Shown here: one piece after another, positions 15,467 through 23,455 of the stretch
How the letters are laid out: each line of letters opens with the position of its first letter
Position numbering within the stretch: the stretch's first letter is position 1
The notes under the pieces: generated by a model
The model's input: only the letters and a program-made list of their open reading frames with translations
Database searches by the model: none
What the model was told of the DNA's origin: nothing
Assembly: GCA_035460805.1 (NCBI GenBank)
Contig: DATHWI010000120.1
Coordinates: forward strand, 1 to 46,453
DNA from: Verrucomicrobiia bacterium
GTDB taxonomy: Bacteria; Patescibacteriota; UBA1384; CAILIB01
Direction: 5' to 3'
Length of the DNA: 46,453 bases
Translations under genes and position numbers: made by a program

Positions 15467-16483
15467 ATGTCCAAGCAACCCACCTTCACCCCACCTGCCT
15501 GGCTTAGGAATTCCCACCTCCAAGTGATGGGAAGCGTGTTTATACCCCGGCACATCACCCTGTTCCCTTCGGAAGACAGGTATTTCGACCTGGCAGACGG
15601 CAGCAAGCTGGTAACAGAATGCACCTGGCAGAAGAACCGGCGGCAAGCCACTACGCTCCTTATTGTGCATGGGCTCAACGGCTCCACCATAAGCTCGTAC
15701 ATCCGCGGCACTGCCAGCAAGGCATACGAGGCTGGCTTCAATGTTGTCCGGGTTAATTTGCGCAACGGTGGAAACCGGGAAGAAATGAGCAAGACCCTCT
15801 GCCACGCCGGGCAAAGTGATGATATATCGACCGTCGTGAGGGAACTCATACACCTGGACCAACTCCCCCGCATTGGCATCATTGCCTTTTCCTTTGGTGC
15901 CAATATTTCCCTCAAGGCAGCCGCTGAGTGGGGTGACAAAGCCCCGCCCCAAGTAGTAGGCATAGTTGGCGTCTCCCCACTTATCGACCTGGATGCCACT
16001 ACGGATGCCCTGGACCACAAGGCGCCGGCCATCTACCGTTACCAGCTCCTGAAAGGGCTTAAATCCATGGTGCGGGAGCGGGCCAAGCTCTTCCCTGGGC
16101 AATACGACACCTCAGGGCTGGCATCCATCAAACATTTGCGTGCTTTTGATGATATGTACGCGCCGTATAACGGCTTCAAGGATGCTGCCGATTACTACGC
16201 TAAAGCCAGCTGCCTTCCCCATTTGGGAAAGATTACCATCCCCACCCTTCTCATCTCCTCTGAGGACGATGCGGTCATTCCCGTGAAATCTTTCAGACAG
16301 GTAGACAACCCTCATATTCAGCTTCTCATTACCAAGCATGGCGGACACGGTGGATTTATTTCCCGTGAATCTGGAAAGGACCCCGACCGGCACTGGGCAG
16401 AAACCCGGGCCGTAGAGTTCTTTAGCGTAAAGAGTCCAGGTATCGCGCCGCATACCTATCCGCAAAAAGCTCCTTCTCCATAG
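15467..16483 (+). CDS. Alpha/beta hydrolase (YheT/ABHD-like)
   Basis: LLIVHGLNGS (oxyanion HG), nucleophile elbow IAFSFGAN, SSEDDAVIP and HGGHGGF follow the catalytic-triad layout of this family. Confidence 0.85.
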   Translation: MSKQPTFTPPAWLRNSHLQVMGSVFIPRHITLFPSEDRYFDLADGSKLVTECTWQKNRRQATTLLIVHGLNGSTISSYIRGTASKAYEAGFNVVRVNLRNGGNREEMSKTLCHAGQSDDISTVVRELIHLDQLPRIGIIAFSFGANISLKAAAEWGDKAPPQVVGIVGVSPLIDLDATTDALDHKAPAIYRYQLLKGLKSMVRERAKLFPGQYDTSGLASIKHLRAFDDMYAPYNGFKDAADYYAKASCLPHLGKITIPTLLISSEDDAVIPVKSFRQVDNPHIQLLITKHGGHGGFISRESGKDPDRHWAETRAVEFFSVKSPGIAPHTYPQKAPSP

Positions 16484-17048
16484 AGGAGCCAGCTTCAAAC
16501 CGGGCAACGCCTCGCTTTCTATCTACATGGTGCCCAATTTCGTGCAATAACGAGCGGCGCTGCGTGTTCCGCACCGCCTCTTTTTTAATGTGGATACGAT
16601 ACCCACGCGCATGATGCTCAATGGTATGGCCTTCAGACTCCAGCCGCTCAAGCTCACGCCTGTCGTCTGGAGTGAGCGAAGAAGACCATTCAAAGACTGA
16701 TGCTGGGTTAGTGGCGTACAGGGCAATAGCCTCGCCCGTTTCGCGACCCACATTCAGGTCCCAATAGTAAGTAGCCCAAGCCGATTCAATCTTTTCTTGC
16801 TTCTTGGTTGGCTGCAGTTGCATGACCCACTTTACACCGGCGATATCTTCCTTTGGCACTCGTTTTAAAACAGTAACAATATCCTCCTCAGAAAGGGCAT
16901 GGGCAAAGCCAGGGAGTGGTTTTTCCAGAAAGAAAACAGGGTCTTGCCCCTTGCCGAATGGACGCGAATGAGACGCCTTCTCCGGATCATAGAGACGGCT
17001 GGCAAAGTTGTAGGTTGGAACCTCAAAACGGTCGAGGGAATGGCTCAT
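16422..17048 (-). CDS. Hypothetical HExxH protein (putative zinc metallopeptidase)
   Basis: 208 aa with LLHEIGHHVD near the C-terminus. Its 3' end overlaps the convergent hydrolase gene by 62 nt. Confidence 0.7.
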   Translation of the reverse strand: MSHSLDRFEVPTYNFASRLYDPEKASHSRPFGKGQDPVFFLEKPLPGFAHALSEEDIVTVLKRVPKEDIAGVKWVMQLQPTKKQEKIESAWATYYWDLNVGRETGEAIALYATNPASVFEWSSSLTPDDRRELERLESEGHTIEHHARGYRIHIKKEAVRNTQRRSLLHEIGHHVDRKRGVARFEAGSSMEKELFADRYAARYLDSLR

Positions 17049-17111
17049 GGGGATAGCTTGTAGAGGCCACGATCATAGCACAATGGGTGAACTGGGTGTA
17101 TATCAATAGTG

Positions 17112-18215
17112 ATGTCTAAAATCCTCTTTACAGCCGGTCCTATCCCTACCCGCCTTGATTCGGTCAAATACCTAACCAATAGGTTCCGGGGTGGATTGGC
17201 AGTGGCAACGGCAGAAAAACTGCAAAGCATGGGCCACCAGGTTACACTCGTTGCCTGGAAGTATGCCGACCTTAAGACGACCCTTCCCATTATTCGGGTG
17301 GAGGATGTCCATGACTACTATAAGACCGTGCTAGCGACTCAAGCAGATGCGTATGTACTAGCAGCGGCAGTAGCAAACCTGGGGCCACTCAGTCCCCTGC
17401 CCGGCAAGTTCCCTTCACACAACTACAGGGTGGGCGATGTGTTTCCCATAGACTTCACTATCATGCCCCGGGTGGTTGATGAGCTGAAAAACGCTTACCC
17501 AACGGCCACACTCATTGCCTACAAGCTATTTGATGGCTCAGACGAAGAACTGGTAGCGGCGGCACAAAAAACCCTCTTTGAAAGTAGGGCGAACTTAGTT
17601 TTTGCCAATCACCCCCAGTGGGCGAAGGAACGGAAAATTGCAGTTACCGCAGATGGTGCTGCATTTGGCATCTCTTTTGACGACCACGTGGACTTAATGG
17701 ACCGCCTCATTCGGGCGGCCTTTTATCGAACAGAGGTAAGGAATGCCGCACTACCACGCCTGGGTGAAGAAGATGCTTTCATAATTGAGCACTATCCCAA
17801 GCATAAACAAGCAGGCATGACCTTTGGCACCTTCGCCATCCGCACAGCACAAGGCTTTTTCACCACTACGCGTGGCAAGAAAGCTGGTGAGAAAGAAGTT
17901 GCGTTTGTTTACAACGTAGACCATGCGGAGCGGGTAGTGCATGCGAACAAGAAAGCCACCTTGAACGCCCCACTTCTCCATGCCCTTCTGGAAAGGAACC
18001 CTCACATTCACTTCCTTATTCATAGCCATGAGCTCATTGGGGACTTGGTACAGCAGGATTACCAGTTTCCTGGGACAGATGGCGACCTGCTCAATGCCCT
18101 TTCTACAAAAGAACCCTACTTCCTCATCCAACTGCCCCATCATGGGTACATTGCCGGTTTCTCCGACTTTTCTTCCTGCAAGAAGTTCATTTTGAGCCAT
18201 GGGCATGTGGGATAA
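17112..18215 (+). CDS. CoaB-like (phosphopantothenate-cysteine ligase fold) protein fused to a class II aldolase/adducin-like domain
   Basis: FTAGPIPTRLDSVKYLTNRFRGGLAVATAEKL...AAAVANL...NLVFANH aligns with the CoaB domain of Dfp. The C-terminal GTFAIR..TTTRGKK..HFLIHSHE..LPHHG resembles class II aldolase motifs. Confidence 0.85.
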   Translation: MSKILFTAGPIPTRLDSVKYLTNRFRGGLAVATAEKLQSMGHQVTLVAWKYADLKTTLPIIRVEDVHDYYKTVLATQADAYVLAAAVANLGPLSPLPGKFPSHNYRVGDVFPIDFTIMPRVVDELKNAYPTATLIAYKLFDGSDEELVAAAQKTLFESRANLVFANHPQWAKERKIAVTADGAAFGISFDDHVDLMDRLIRAAFYRTEVRNAALPRLGEEDAFIIEHYPKHKQAGMTFGTFAIRTAQGFFTTTRGKKAGEKEVAFVYNVDHAERVVHANKKATLNAPLLHALLERNPHIHFLIHSHELIGDLVQQDYQFPGTDGDLLNALSTKEPYFLIQLPHHGYIAGFSDFSSCKKFILSHGHVG

Positions 18216-18801
18216 CTATCGCAGCACCTTTCCCAAGCGGTACATTACGCCTGGCTTTTTTGATGAGTATCTAGAAAATTGTTTACGGCAAAGGCATCCG
18301 AAAACCATCCTGGACATAGGGGGTGGAACAGAAGGAACGGCTGCCCTGCAAGAGATTGGCGTACCAACATACCTACTGGACCCTTTTGTGAAAGGGAAAC
18401 CAGATTGGATTACGGAAAAAGTCCCCTGGGATACAACTTTGACTTTTGACGCGGTGGTAGCACGGGGAAGCATAAACTACCTGACAAAGGAGGAGCTGCT
18501 GCGTACACAGGAAATGCTCAACCCGGGCGGAACGTTTATTGCCAACACCTTTCTCAATCCTCCCCCGGAAGAATGGGGTGAGCGGCCATATCAAAACAGC
18601 CTAGGGCACACGGGCATCGAGCGGTCACGTTACAACCCGAGCACATCTTCCATTGAGCACGTTCTCATCCCCAGTAAGGGAGAGCCAATTGAGCATTCGT
18701 TCTTCTACTACTCCCCCGAAGAGTACCGCGCGCTGTTCCCCAGAATCACTCTTACAACCTACAAAGGCAACTCCGTAATCCTAACCTGGACAAAACCCTA
18801 G
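18199..18801 (+). CDS. SAM-dependent methyltransferase-like protein
   Basis: 200 aa with ILDIGGGTEG (motif I). The start overlaps the upstream stop by 17 nt. Confidence 0.7.
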   Translation: MGMWDNYRSTFPKRYITPGFFDEYLENCLRQRHPKTILDIGGGTEGTAALQEIGVPTYLLDPFVKGKPDWITEKVPWDTTLTFDAVVARGSINYLTKEELLRTQEMLNPGGTFIANTFLNPPPEEWGERPYQNSLGHTGIERSRYNPSTSSIEHVLIPSKGEPIEHSFFYYSPEEYRALFPRITLTTYKGNSVILTWTKP

Positions 18802-18823
18802 CATCCTGGCTACTATTCAGGCA

Positions 18824-19024
18824 GTGCATAGGAAAACCTTTACCCCGCTAGACCACCTCGTCCTAGGGTTAAGCCCTATTATGCTTGCCGTCTCGTTCCT
18901 CAACGCCCTTGGGTCACAGCCTGCACGCACCCTTCCCCATACCGCACACCTGGCACTGACCGCCCTTTCAGTTGCAGGGATGTTCATCTATACCCAGTTG
19001 GGCTCGCCAAGCCTGGCCCGCTAA
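18824..19024 (+). CDS. Possible small membrane protein
   Basis: 66-aa ORF with a GTG start and two hydrophobic segments. It lies just before the terminator. Support is weak. Confidence 0.3.
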   Translation: MHRKTFTPLDHLVLGLSPIMLAVSFLNALGSQPARTLPHTAHLALTALSVAGMFIYTQLGSPSLAR

Positions 19025-19028
19025 ACTC

Positions 19029-19058
19029 ACTCCCCAACCACATGGACGGGGAGTTTTT
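19029..19058 (+). terminator. Rho-independent terminator
   Basis: ACUCCCC-(12-nt loop)-GGGGAGU followed by UUUUU. Confidence 0.65.
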
Positions 19059-19127
19059 CCTATCTAACCCCCTTGGGATATTCCTCTCGGTATAGTAAGG
19101 TGGACGTACACATGTAAAGACGCCGCA

Positions 19128-19982
19128 ATGAATACGGACCAGGCATACCAAAAAGAAATTGTTTCCTACTATAACGCGACCCAGTTTGACTACCGGGCTG
19201 TTTGGGAGCTCGACAAAACTCTGGCCATTCACTATGGCTACTGGGACGAAGAGGTAACCAACTTCGCCGATTCCCTCATCCGCTTCAACGAGATCCTGGC
19301 CCAGAAGCTTCGTTTGGATGCCGCCGATTCCGTCCTAGACGCAGGCTGCGGCGTGGGCGGAAGCTCTATTTTCATGGCCAAAGAGTATGGATGCTCCGCC
19401 ACTGGCATTAGCATTTCTGAACAACAGGTTGCCGATGCCAAGGCCAATGCGGAAAAGGCTGGCTTATCGGGGAAGACCACCTTTATCCAGGGAGACTACC
19501 TTAACACCCCTTTCCCCGCTGAATCGTTCACCGCTGCCTTTGGCTTGGAAAGTGTCTGCTACGCCGAGGATAAAACGGCTTTCTGCAAAGAAATGTACCG
19601 CGTCCTTAAAAAGGGCGGACGCGTCACCATTGCTGATGGCTATCAAACAGAAACACCACGTGGCGCTGCAGGCACTAAAATGATGCGGAAATGGCTAGAC
19701 GGTTGGAAGGTAAAGGACCTTGAAACGCCGTCCGGCATCAAAAGGGCGCTTAAGGATGCTGGGTTCAAGAACATCCAGTACGAAAATGTGACGCCGCAAG
19801 TTTGGCGATCCGCCGTGCGTTTGTACCGCTTCTCATTCCCCGCCTTTCTTGTTACTGGCATTGGACAGCTTATCCGGCTACGGAGTGGCATTCAGACAGG
19901 GAATGTAGTGGCTGCCCACTACCAGTACCGGGCCATGAAGAAAGGCTTGTGGGAATACGGCATTGTGACCGCTGAAAAATAG
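19128..19982 (+). CDS. Class I SAM-dependent methyltransferase
   Basis: VLDAGCGVGGSSIF (motif I) and LKKGGRVTIAD. 284 aa. Confidence 0.9.
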   Translation: MNTDQAYQKEIVSYYNATQFDYRAVWELDKTLAIHYGYWDEEVTNFADSLIRFNEILAQKLRLDAADSVLDAGCGVGGSSIFMAKEYGCSATGISISEQQVADAKANAEKAGLSGKTTFIQGDYLNTPFPAESFTAAFGLESVCYAEDKTAFCKEMYRVLKKGGRVTIADGYQTETPRGAAGTKMMRKWLDGWKVKDLETPSGIKRALKDAGFKNIQYENVTPQVWRSAVRLYRFSFPAFLVTGIGQLIRLRSGIQTGNVVAAHYQYRAMKKGLWEYGIVTAEK

Positions 19983-19987
19983 CAAAC

Positions 19988-20016
19988 AAAAAAAGCTCCC
20001 GCAGGGGAGCTTTTTT
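19988..20016. terminator. Bidirectional rho-independent terminator
   Basis: AAAAAAA-AGCUCCC-GCAG-GGGAGCU-UUUUUU lies between convergent genes. Confidence 0.8.
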
Positions 20017-20025
20017 CTATGGGCA

Positions 20026-20202
20026 TTACCCAATCCACTCAGTATCAACCTTGTAGCCCACATATATGCCGGCAAGGCCTCCGAGTGCTGTAGCTATGAC
20101 AGACCAAAAAGACAGGACGCCGGCACCCAGCAAGCTGGCGATGTAGCCGCCAAGGGACGAGCCTAGGAAAAGCCCGATCCAAATAAGTGGGCTTGTGCGC
20201 AT
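20026..20202 (-). CDS. Small Gly-rich two-TM membrane peptide (58 aa)
   Basis: ATG 20202 has GGGGA upstream and lies 4 nt after the upstream stop (the ORF opens at 20220). Sequence LIWIGLFLGSSLGGYIASLLGAGVLSFWSVIATALGGLAGIYVG. Confidence 0.6.
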   Translation of the reverse strand: MRTSPLIWIGLFLGSSLGGYIASLLGAGVLSFWSVIATALGGLAGIYVGYKVDTEWIG

Positions 20203-20206
20203 AGGG

Positions 20207-20665
20207 TTATTCCCCGTCAAATGCGCGTTTCAGCTCTGCCACTTCAATTTTTTTCATGCCCATCATGGCCTGAATGGCACGCCCGGCCTTCTCACGGTCT
20301 TCCGCGCCAAGGTATTCACCCAAAGCCTTGGGGATGATCTGCCACGACAAACCGAACTTATCCTTCAGCCAGCCGCAACGGGACTCCTCACCGCCATCGG
20401 CAGTAAGCTTGGACCAAAGGTCATCCACCTCTTCCTGCGTGTCACAGCTTACAAAGAACGATACCGCTTCGTTGAATGTATACATTGGGCCTGCATTGAG
20501 GGCCATAAATTCTTGCCCGCGCAGCGTGAAGGTGACGGACATGGCCTTTCCGCCGGGGCCAGGCATGATACTGCCCACTTCCCCATCCTTGAAGACGGAA
20601 AGGTAAAAGTTCATTGCCTCTTCGGCGTTGTCATCGAACCAGAGGAACGGGGTAATCTTTCCCAT
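20207..20665 (-). CDS. VOC/PhnB-like protein (3-demethylubiquinone-9 3-methyltransferase domain family)
   Basis: ITPFLWFDDNAEEAMNFYLSVFKD and CGWLKDKFGLSWQI are characteristic of this family. Confidence 0.9.
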   Translation of the reverse strand: MGKITPFLWFDDNAEEAMNFYLSVFKDGEVGSIMPGPGGKAMSVTFTLRGQEFMALNAGPMYTFNEAVSFFVSCDTQEEVDDLWSKLTADGGEESRCGWLKDKFGLSWQIIPKALGEYLGAEDREKAGRAIQAMMGMKKIEVAELKRAFDGE

Positions 20666-20753
20666 TTCGTTTTAAATTATGTTTAATAATGTGTCCTCAC
20701 AATAGCAAAAGAAAAGGGCACCCCCTAAGGGGTGCCCAGTAACAACGATCATG

Positions 20754-21533
20754 CTACGCGCGTGCCAGGTCGAACTTCCGCTCCGCGACCATGTCGACGT
20801 AGCGGACTACGTCGATGATGAAGTTGTAAACGAAGTGAACCAGGATGGCCGCCGGCAGCCCGAACTGGAACATGATCCAGAACAGGTACATACCGCCGAA
20901 CCAGCTATTGACCCATCCGACGAATCCCTGGTACTTGTGGCCGTCCCGGAAGAAGGCGTTGGTAACAAGGATAGCGGCACCAAGGTACCAGACCTCCGGC
21001 TTCACCAGGTATTCCTCCAGGTAGCCAAGCGTGAACCCATTGGCGATTGGTCCGAAGAAGTGGAGATGAAGCCACTTCGTAAGGCCCGTAAGGCCGGCGA
21101 ACCCACCTAGGAAGTAATTGGTAATCTCGACCACCACGATGCCGTTCATGAAGAGGATCCACCGGAACCCTATCTCTTCAAAAATACCGGCTCTCAGGCT
21201 AGTAAAGGCGCCCGCCACGAAGTGTTGTTCCGCCCGGGCGTTCACCTTCGGGTTATTGCGGGTGAAGATCGAGTAGAGGGCAGCAAGGGCTGCTCCCCAA
21301 ATGAAGACCGGCACGCCGGCCTGCAACCAGTCCAACACCGTCCCCTCCTTGATCCCCCAGAGCTCGAAGTACGAGAAGGGGATGAAGTCGGGCCAGATGA
21401 GCTCGATTAGCGCAACCGACAAGAGTGCGGCGATAGATTCTGCAACCCAGTTCCTTCTTTTCTTTTCCTCGGGAGGGTTGATGGTAACCGTAACACCTCT
21501 TCTCGAATACGAACTCATTAACGCCACCTCCAA
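20754..21533 (-). CDS. CPBP (CAAX/Abi) family intramembrane glutamic endopeptidase
   Basis: Polytopic membrane protein with EEIGFRWILF and a distal HFVYNF motif. Confidence 0.8.
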   Translation of the reverse strand: MEVALMSSYSRRGVTVTINPPEEKKRRNWVAESIAALLSVALIELIWPDFIPFSYFELWGIKEGTVLDWLQAGVPVFIWGAALAALYSIFTRNNPKVNARAEQHFVAGAFTSLRAGIFEEIGFRWILFMNGIVVVEITNYFLGGFAGLTGLTKWLHLHFFGPIANGFTLGYLEEYLVKPEVWYLGAAILVTNAFFRDGHKYQGFVGWVNSWFGGMYLFWIMFQFGLPAAILVHFVYNFIIDVVRYVDMVAERKFDLARA

Positions 21534-21643
21534 GCAGCATGTTCAGGTTCTCAAGCCCTCTTTCTGTGGACGATCCGCAGAGGAGTAGCAAAGACGTGCA
21601 GAAATGTACCACACTACAGGGGTTTTGTCAATCAGGTTAGAGG

Positions 21644-22441
21644 CTACAAGCTGAACCCGTAGTGCTTAAGGAGAAGCTGCAATCCTTCCTCCGCATCAGG
21701 GTGGGAGCCTAGCCGGCTCTTCCCCTTCCCATATGCCACCTCTGCACCGAATAGGTCGGCAAACGCCTCATCCGACACCCTCACCATGCTAGGATCTGGA
21801 AATTTGTCCTTCTGCACCTCCCTCACCCGCTCCACTAAGTCGGGGAAGGAAAAGACAAAGTCATCCCACCATTTCCGTGCATTGTCATTAAGAAGGGAGA
21901 GATGCACTGTGTGGCCTACTTCGTGAAAGAAATACTTCTCGGCCAAGTCCTTAAGGAAAGGCTGCGCGTTCTCCGGTACTACCCCCTCTTCTACGCCTTC
22001 CTTCTTAGCGTAGCTGGCTGCCAACGTTGCCGCGTGGTCTTCTGGTGGACATAGGTAGACTATGTGCTGGCCTCCCAGGTTGTAAGCAAAACCGGGCAGC
22101 TTGCCATCCATTTCTACCCCCTGCTCCTCCGCGATAGCCCTGATGACTGCTGCGGAGTCCTCGTCGTAGGCATGAAAAACATATCCCCGCCCCAGAAGAA
22201 GCGGCTCCAAGGTAGGCCATGGGACCTTCTGCTGCAGCTTGATCTGTGCCTCCAGGCAATCAAATATCGCATCGCCTTGCCGTACCACGTCTACAGGCAG
22301 TTCCCGGAAATCAACGCCGGTACGCTCGGTGAGACCCTCCTTCAGCTCTTCAATCCGCGCGACAGTAATTACCTCAAAAACGGGGGCTGCTTCCTTTTTT
22401 GGCGTTGGCGCCTCGATCACTCCCCGTTCTGCTGTATGCAT
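21644..22441 (-). CDS. Hypothetical HExxH protein (putative metallopeptidase)
   Basis: 265 aa from ATG 22441 (the ORF opens at 22492). FFHEVGHTVH motif. Confidence 0.7.
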   Translation of the reverse strand: MHTAERGVIEAPTPKKEAAPVFEVITVARIEELKEGLTERTGVDFRELPVDVVRQGDAIFDCLEAQIKLQQKVPWPTLEPLLLGRGYVFHAYDEDSAAVIRAIAEEQGVEMDGKLPGFAYNLGGQHIVYLCPPEDHAATLAASYAKKEGVEEGVVPENAQPFLKDLAEKYFFHEVGHTVHLSLLNDNARKWWDDFVFSFPDLVERVREVQKDKFPDPSMVRVSDEAFADLFGAEVAYGKGKSRLGSHPDAEEGLQLLLKHYGFSL

Positions 22442-22503
22442 ACCGTTATAGTAAGGGAAATGGAGAAAATAAAAAAACCGCCTGCATGGCAAGCGGCCAG
22501 GTA

Positions 22504-23022
22504 TTAGAGGAGAATTTCCCCTACTTCATCCCAATCAAGGGCATGTCTGACCCGGCTTAGGTGGTGCGCAAATTCCCTGCGATCCCGTTCTTGGTTCCCA
22601 AACAGGATCTGTAAAACCCCCGGGTCCACCTTGTGGATGTGGTAAAGAACCTTCAGGCGGTCGTCTATGAATACATCCAGGCCAAGCTTCAAGCAAATGG
22701 GCCCCTTTTCTTCTACCATGCGGCAAAAGTACACGTTAGCCGGCAGGATCCCAGTCTGGGCGTAGACCTTATTGTGATCCAACCACTCCAAAGTACGTTG
22801 CTGCGTCCCCCTGCCACACTTTGAGACTATCGCCACATGTGGTGCGCCATACTTGGCTACAAGTTCCCGTAGTACGGGAAAGCAATTGCGGGTTTCCCGC
22901 GCGTTCAGGTAATTGGGACCGCGCAGAAAGTCCGTATCGGAGCCGTCATTAGCCCCATCCATGATGACGTGTCCCATGTCGATGCCGATTCCTCTGACCG
23001 GCCTATTTGTTAAGTGTTCCAT
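22504..23022 (-). CDS. Hypothetical protein, HAD-like layout with a degenerate motif I
   Basis: ATG 23022 has GGGGGTG upstream. GIDMGHVIMDG sits where a DxD motif is expected, and VFIDDRLKVL resembles HAD motif IV. The assignment is weak. Confidence 0.6.
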   Translation of the reverse strand: MEHLTNRPVRGIGIDMGHVIMDGANDGSDTDFLRGPNYLNARETRNCFPVLRELVAKYGAPHVAIVSKCGRGTQQRTLEWLDHNKVYAQTGILPANVYFCRMVEEKGPICLKLGLDVFIDDRLKVLYHIHKVDPGVLQILFGNQERDRREFAHHLSRVRHALDWDEVGEILL

Positions 23023-23135
23023 TTTCACCCCCACGGTAACACAGGGTTTCGTGAAACAGAAAGGCGGGCAAGTGTGTTTCTTGTAAAAATTCCCAGAATA
23101 ACAAGTCCTGGAGGCTGTTTTTTAAGCGCCAGCCC

Positions 23136-23164
23136 TTGACATAAAGCATATATTTCCCTATAAC
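23136..23164 (+). promoter_or_regulatory. Sigma70-like promoter
   Basis: TTGACA-N17-TATAAC. Confidence 0.6.
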
Positions 23165-23191
23165 AGTCTGGCATTGGCCTTGGAGAAATAC

Positions 23192-23338
23192 ATGAAGAAA
23201 ACCCTCCTGCTCGCCCTTCTCGTCGTTGCCTGTCTCGCTCCCCTGGGATGCATGCCTCCTAAGGAAGAGATCCAGCCCGCGGATCGCATGGTAACGCCAA
23301 ACGTACAGCGGCAGAACGCCGAACTGAACGGCGACTGA
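23192..23338 (+). CDS. Small lipoprotein (48 aa), below the ORF-track size cut-off
   Basis: MKKTLLLALLVVACLAPLGC signal peptide with a lipobox. GGAGAAATAC precedes the ATG. It has its own promoter and a strong terminator. Confidence 0.7.
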   Translation: MKKTLLLALLVVACLAPLGCMPPKEEIQPADRMVTPNVQRQNAELNGD

Positions 23339-23355
23339 CCACGTGCGAACTACCA

Positions 23356-23386
23356 GCCCTGCCAGAACTTCTGGCAGGGCTTTTTT
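23356..23386 (+). terminator. Rho-independent terminator
   Basis: GCCCUGCCAG-AACUU-CUGGCAGGGC followed by UUUUUU. Confidence 0.85.
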
Positions 23387-23391
23387 GTTTT

Positions 23392-23428
23392 AAAAAAACC
23401 GCAGCCTACGTTTGTACGTAAGCCGCGG
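23392..23428 (-). terminator. Rho-independent terminator of the lipoprotein operon
   Basis: Minus strand reads CCGCGGCUUACGU-ACAA-ACGUAGGCUGCGG (with G-U pairs) followed by UUUUUUU. Confidence 0.65.
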
Positions 23429-23455
23429 CAGAAATGCACCGTCACCGGAAGCCGG

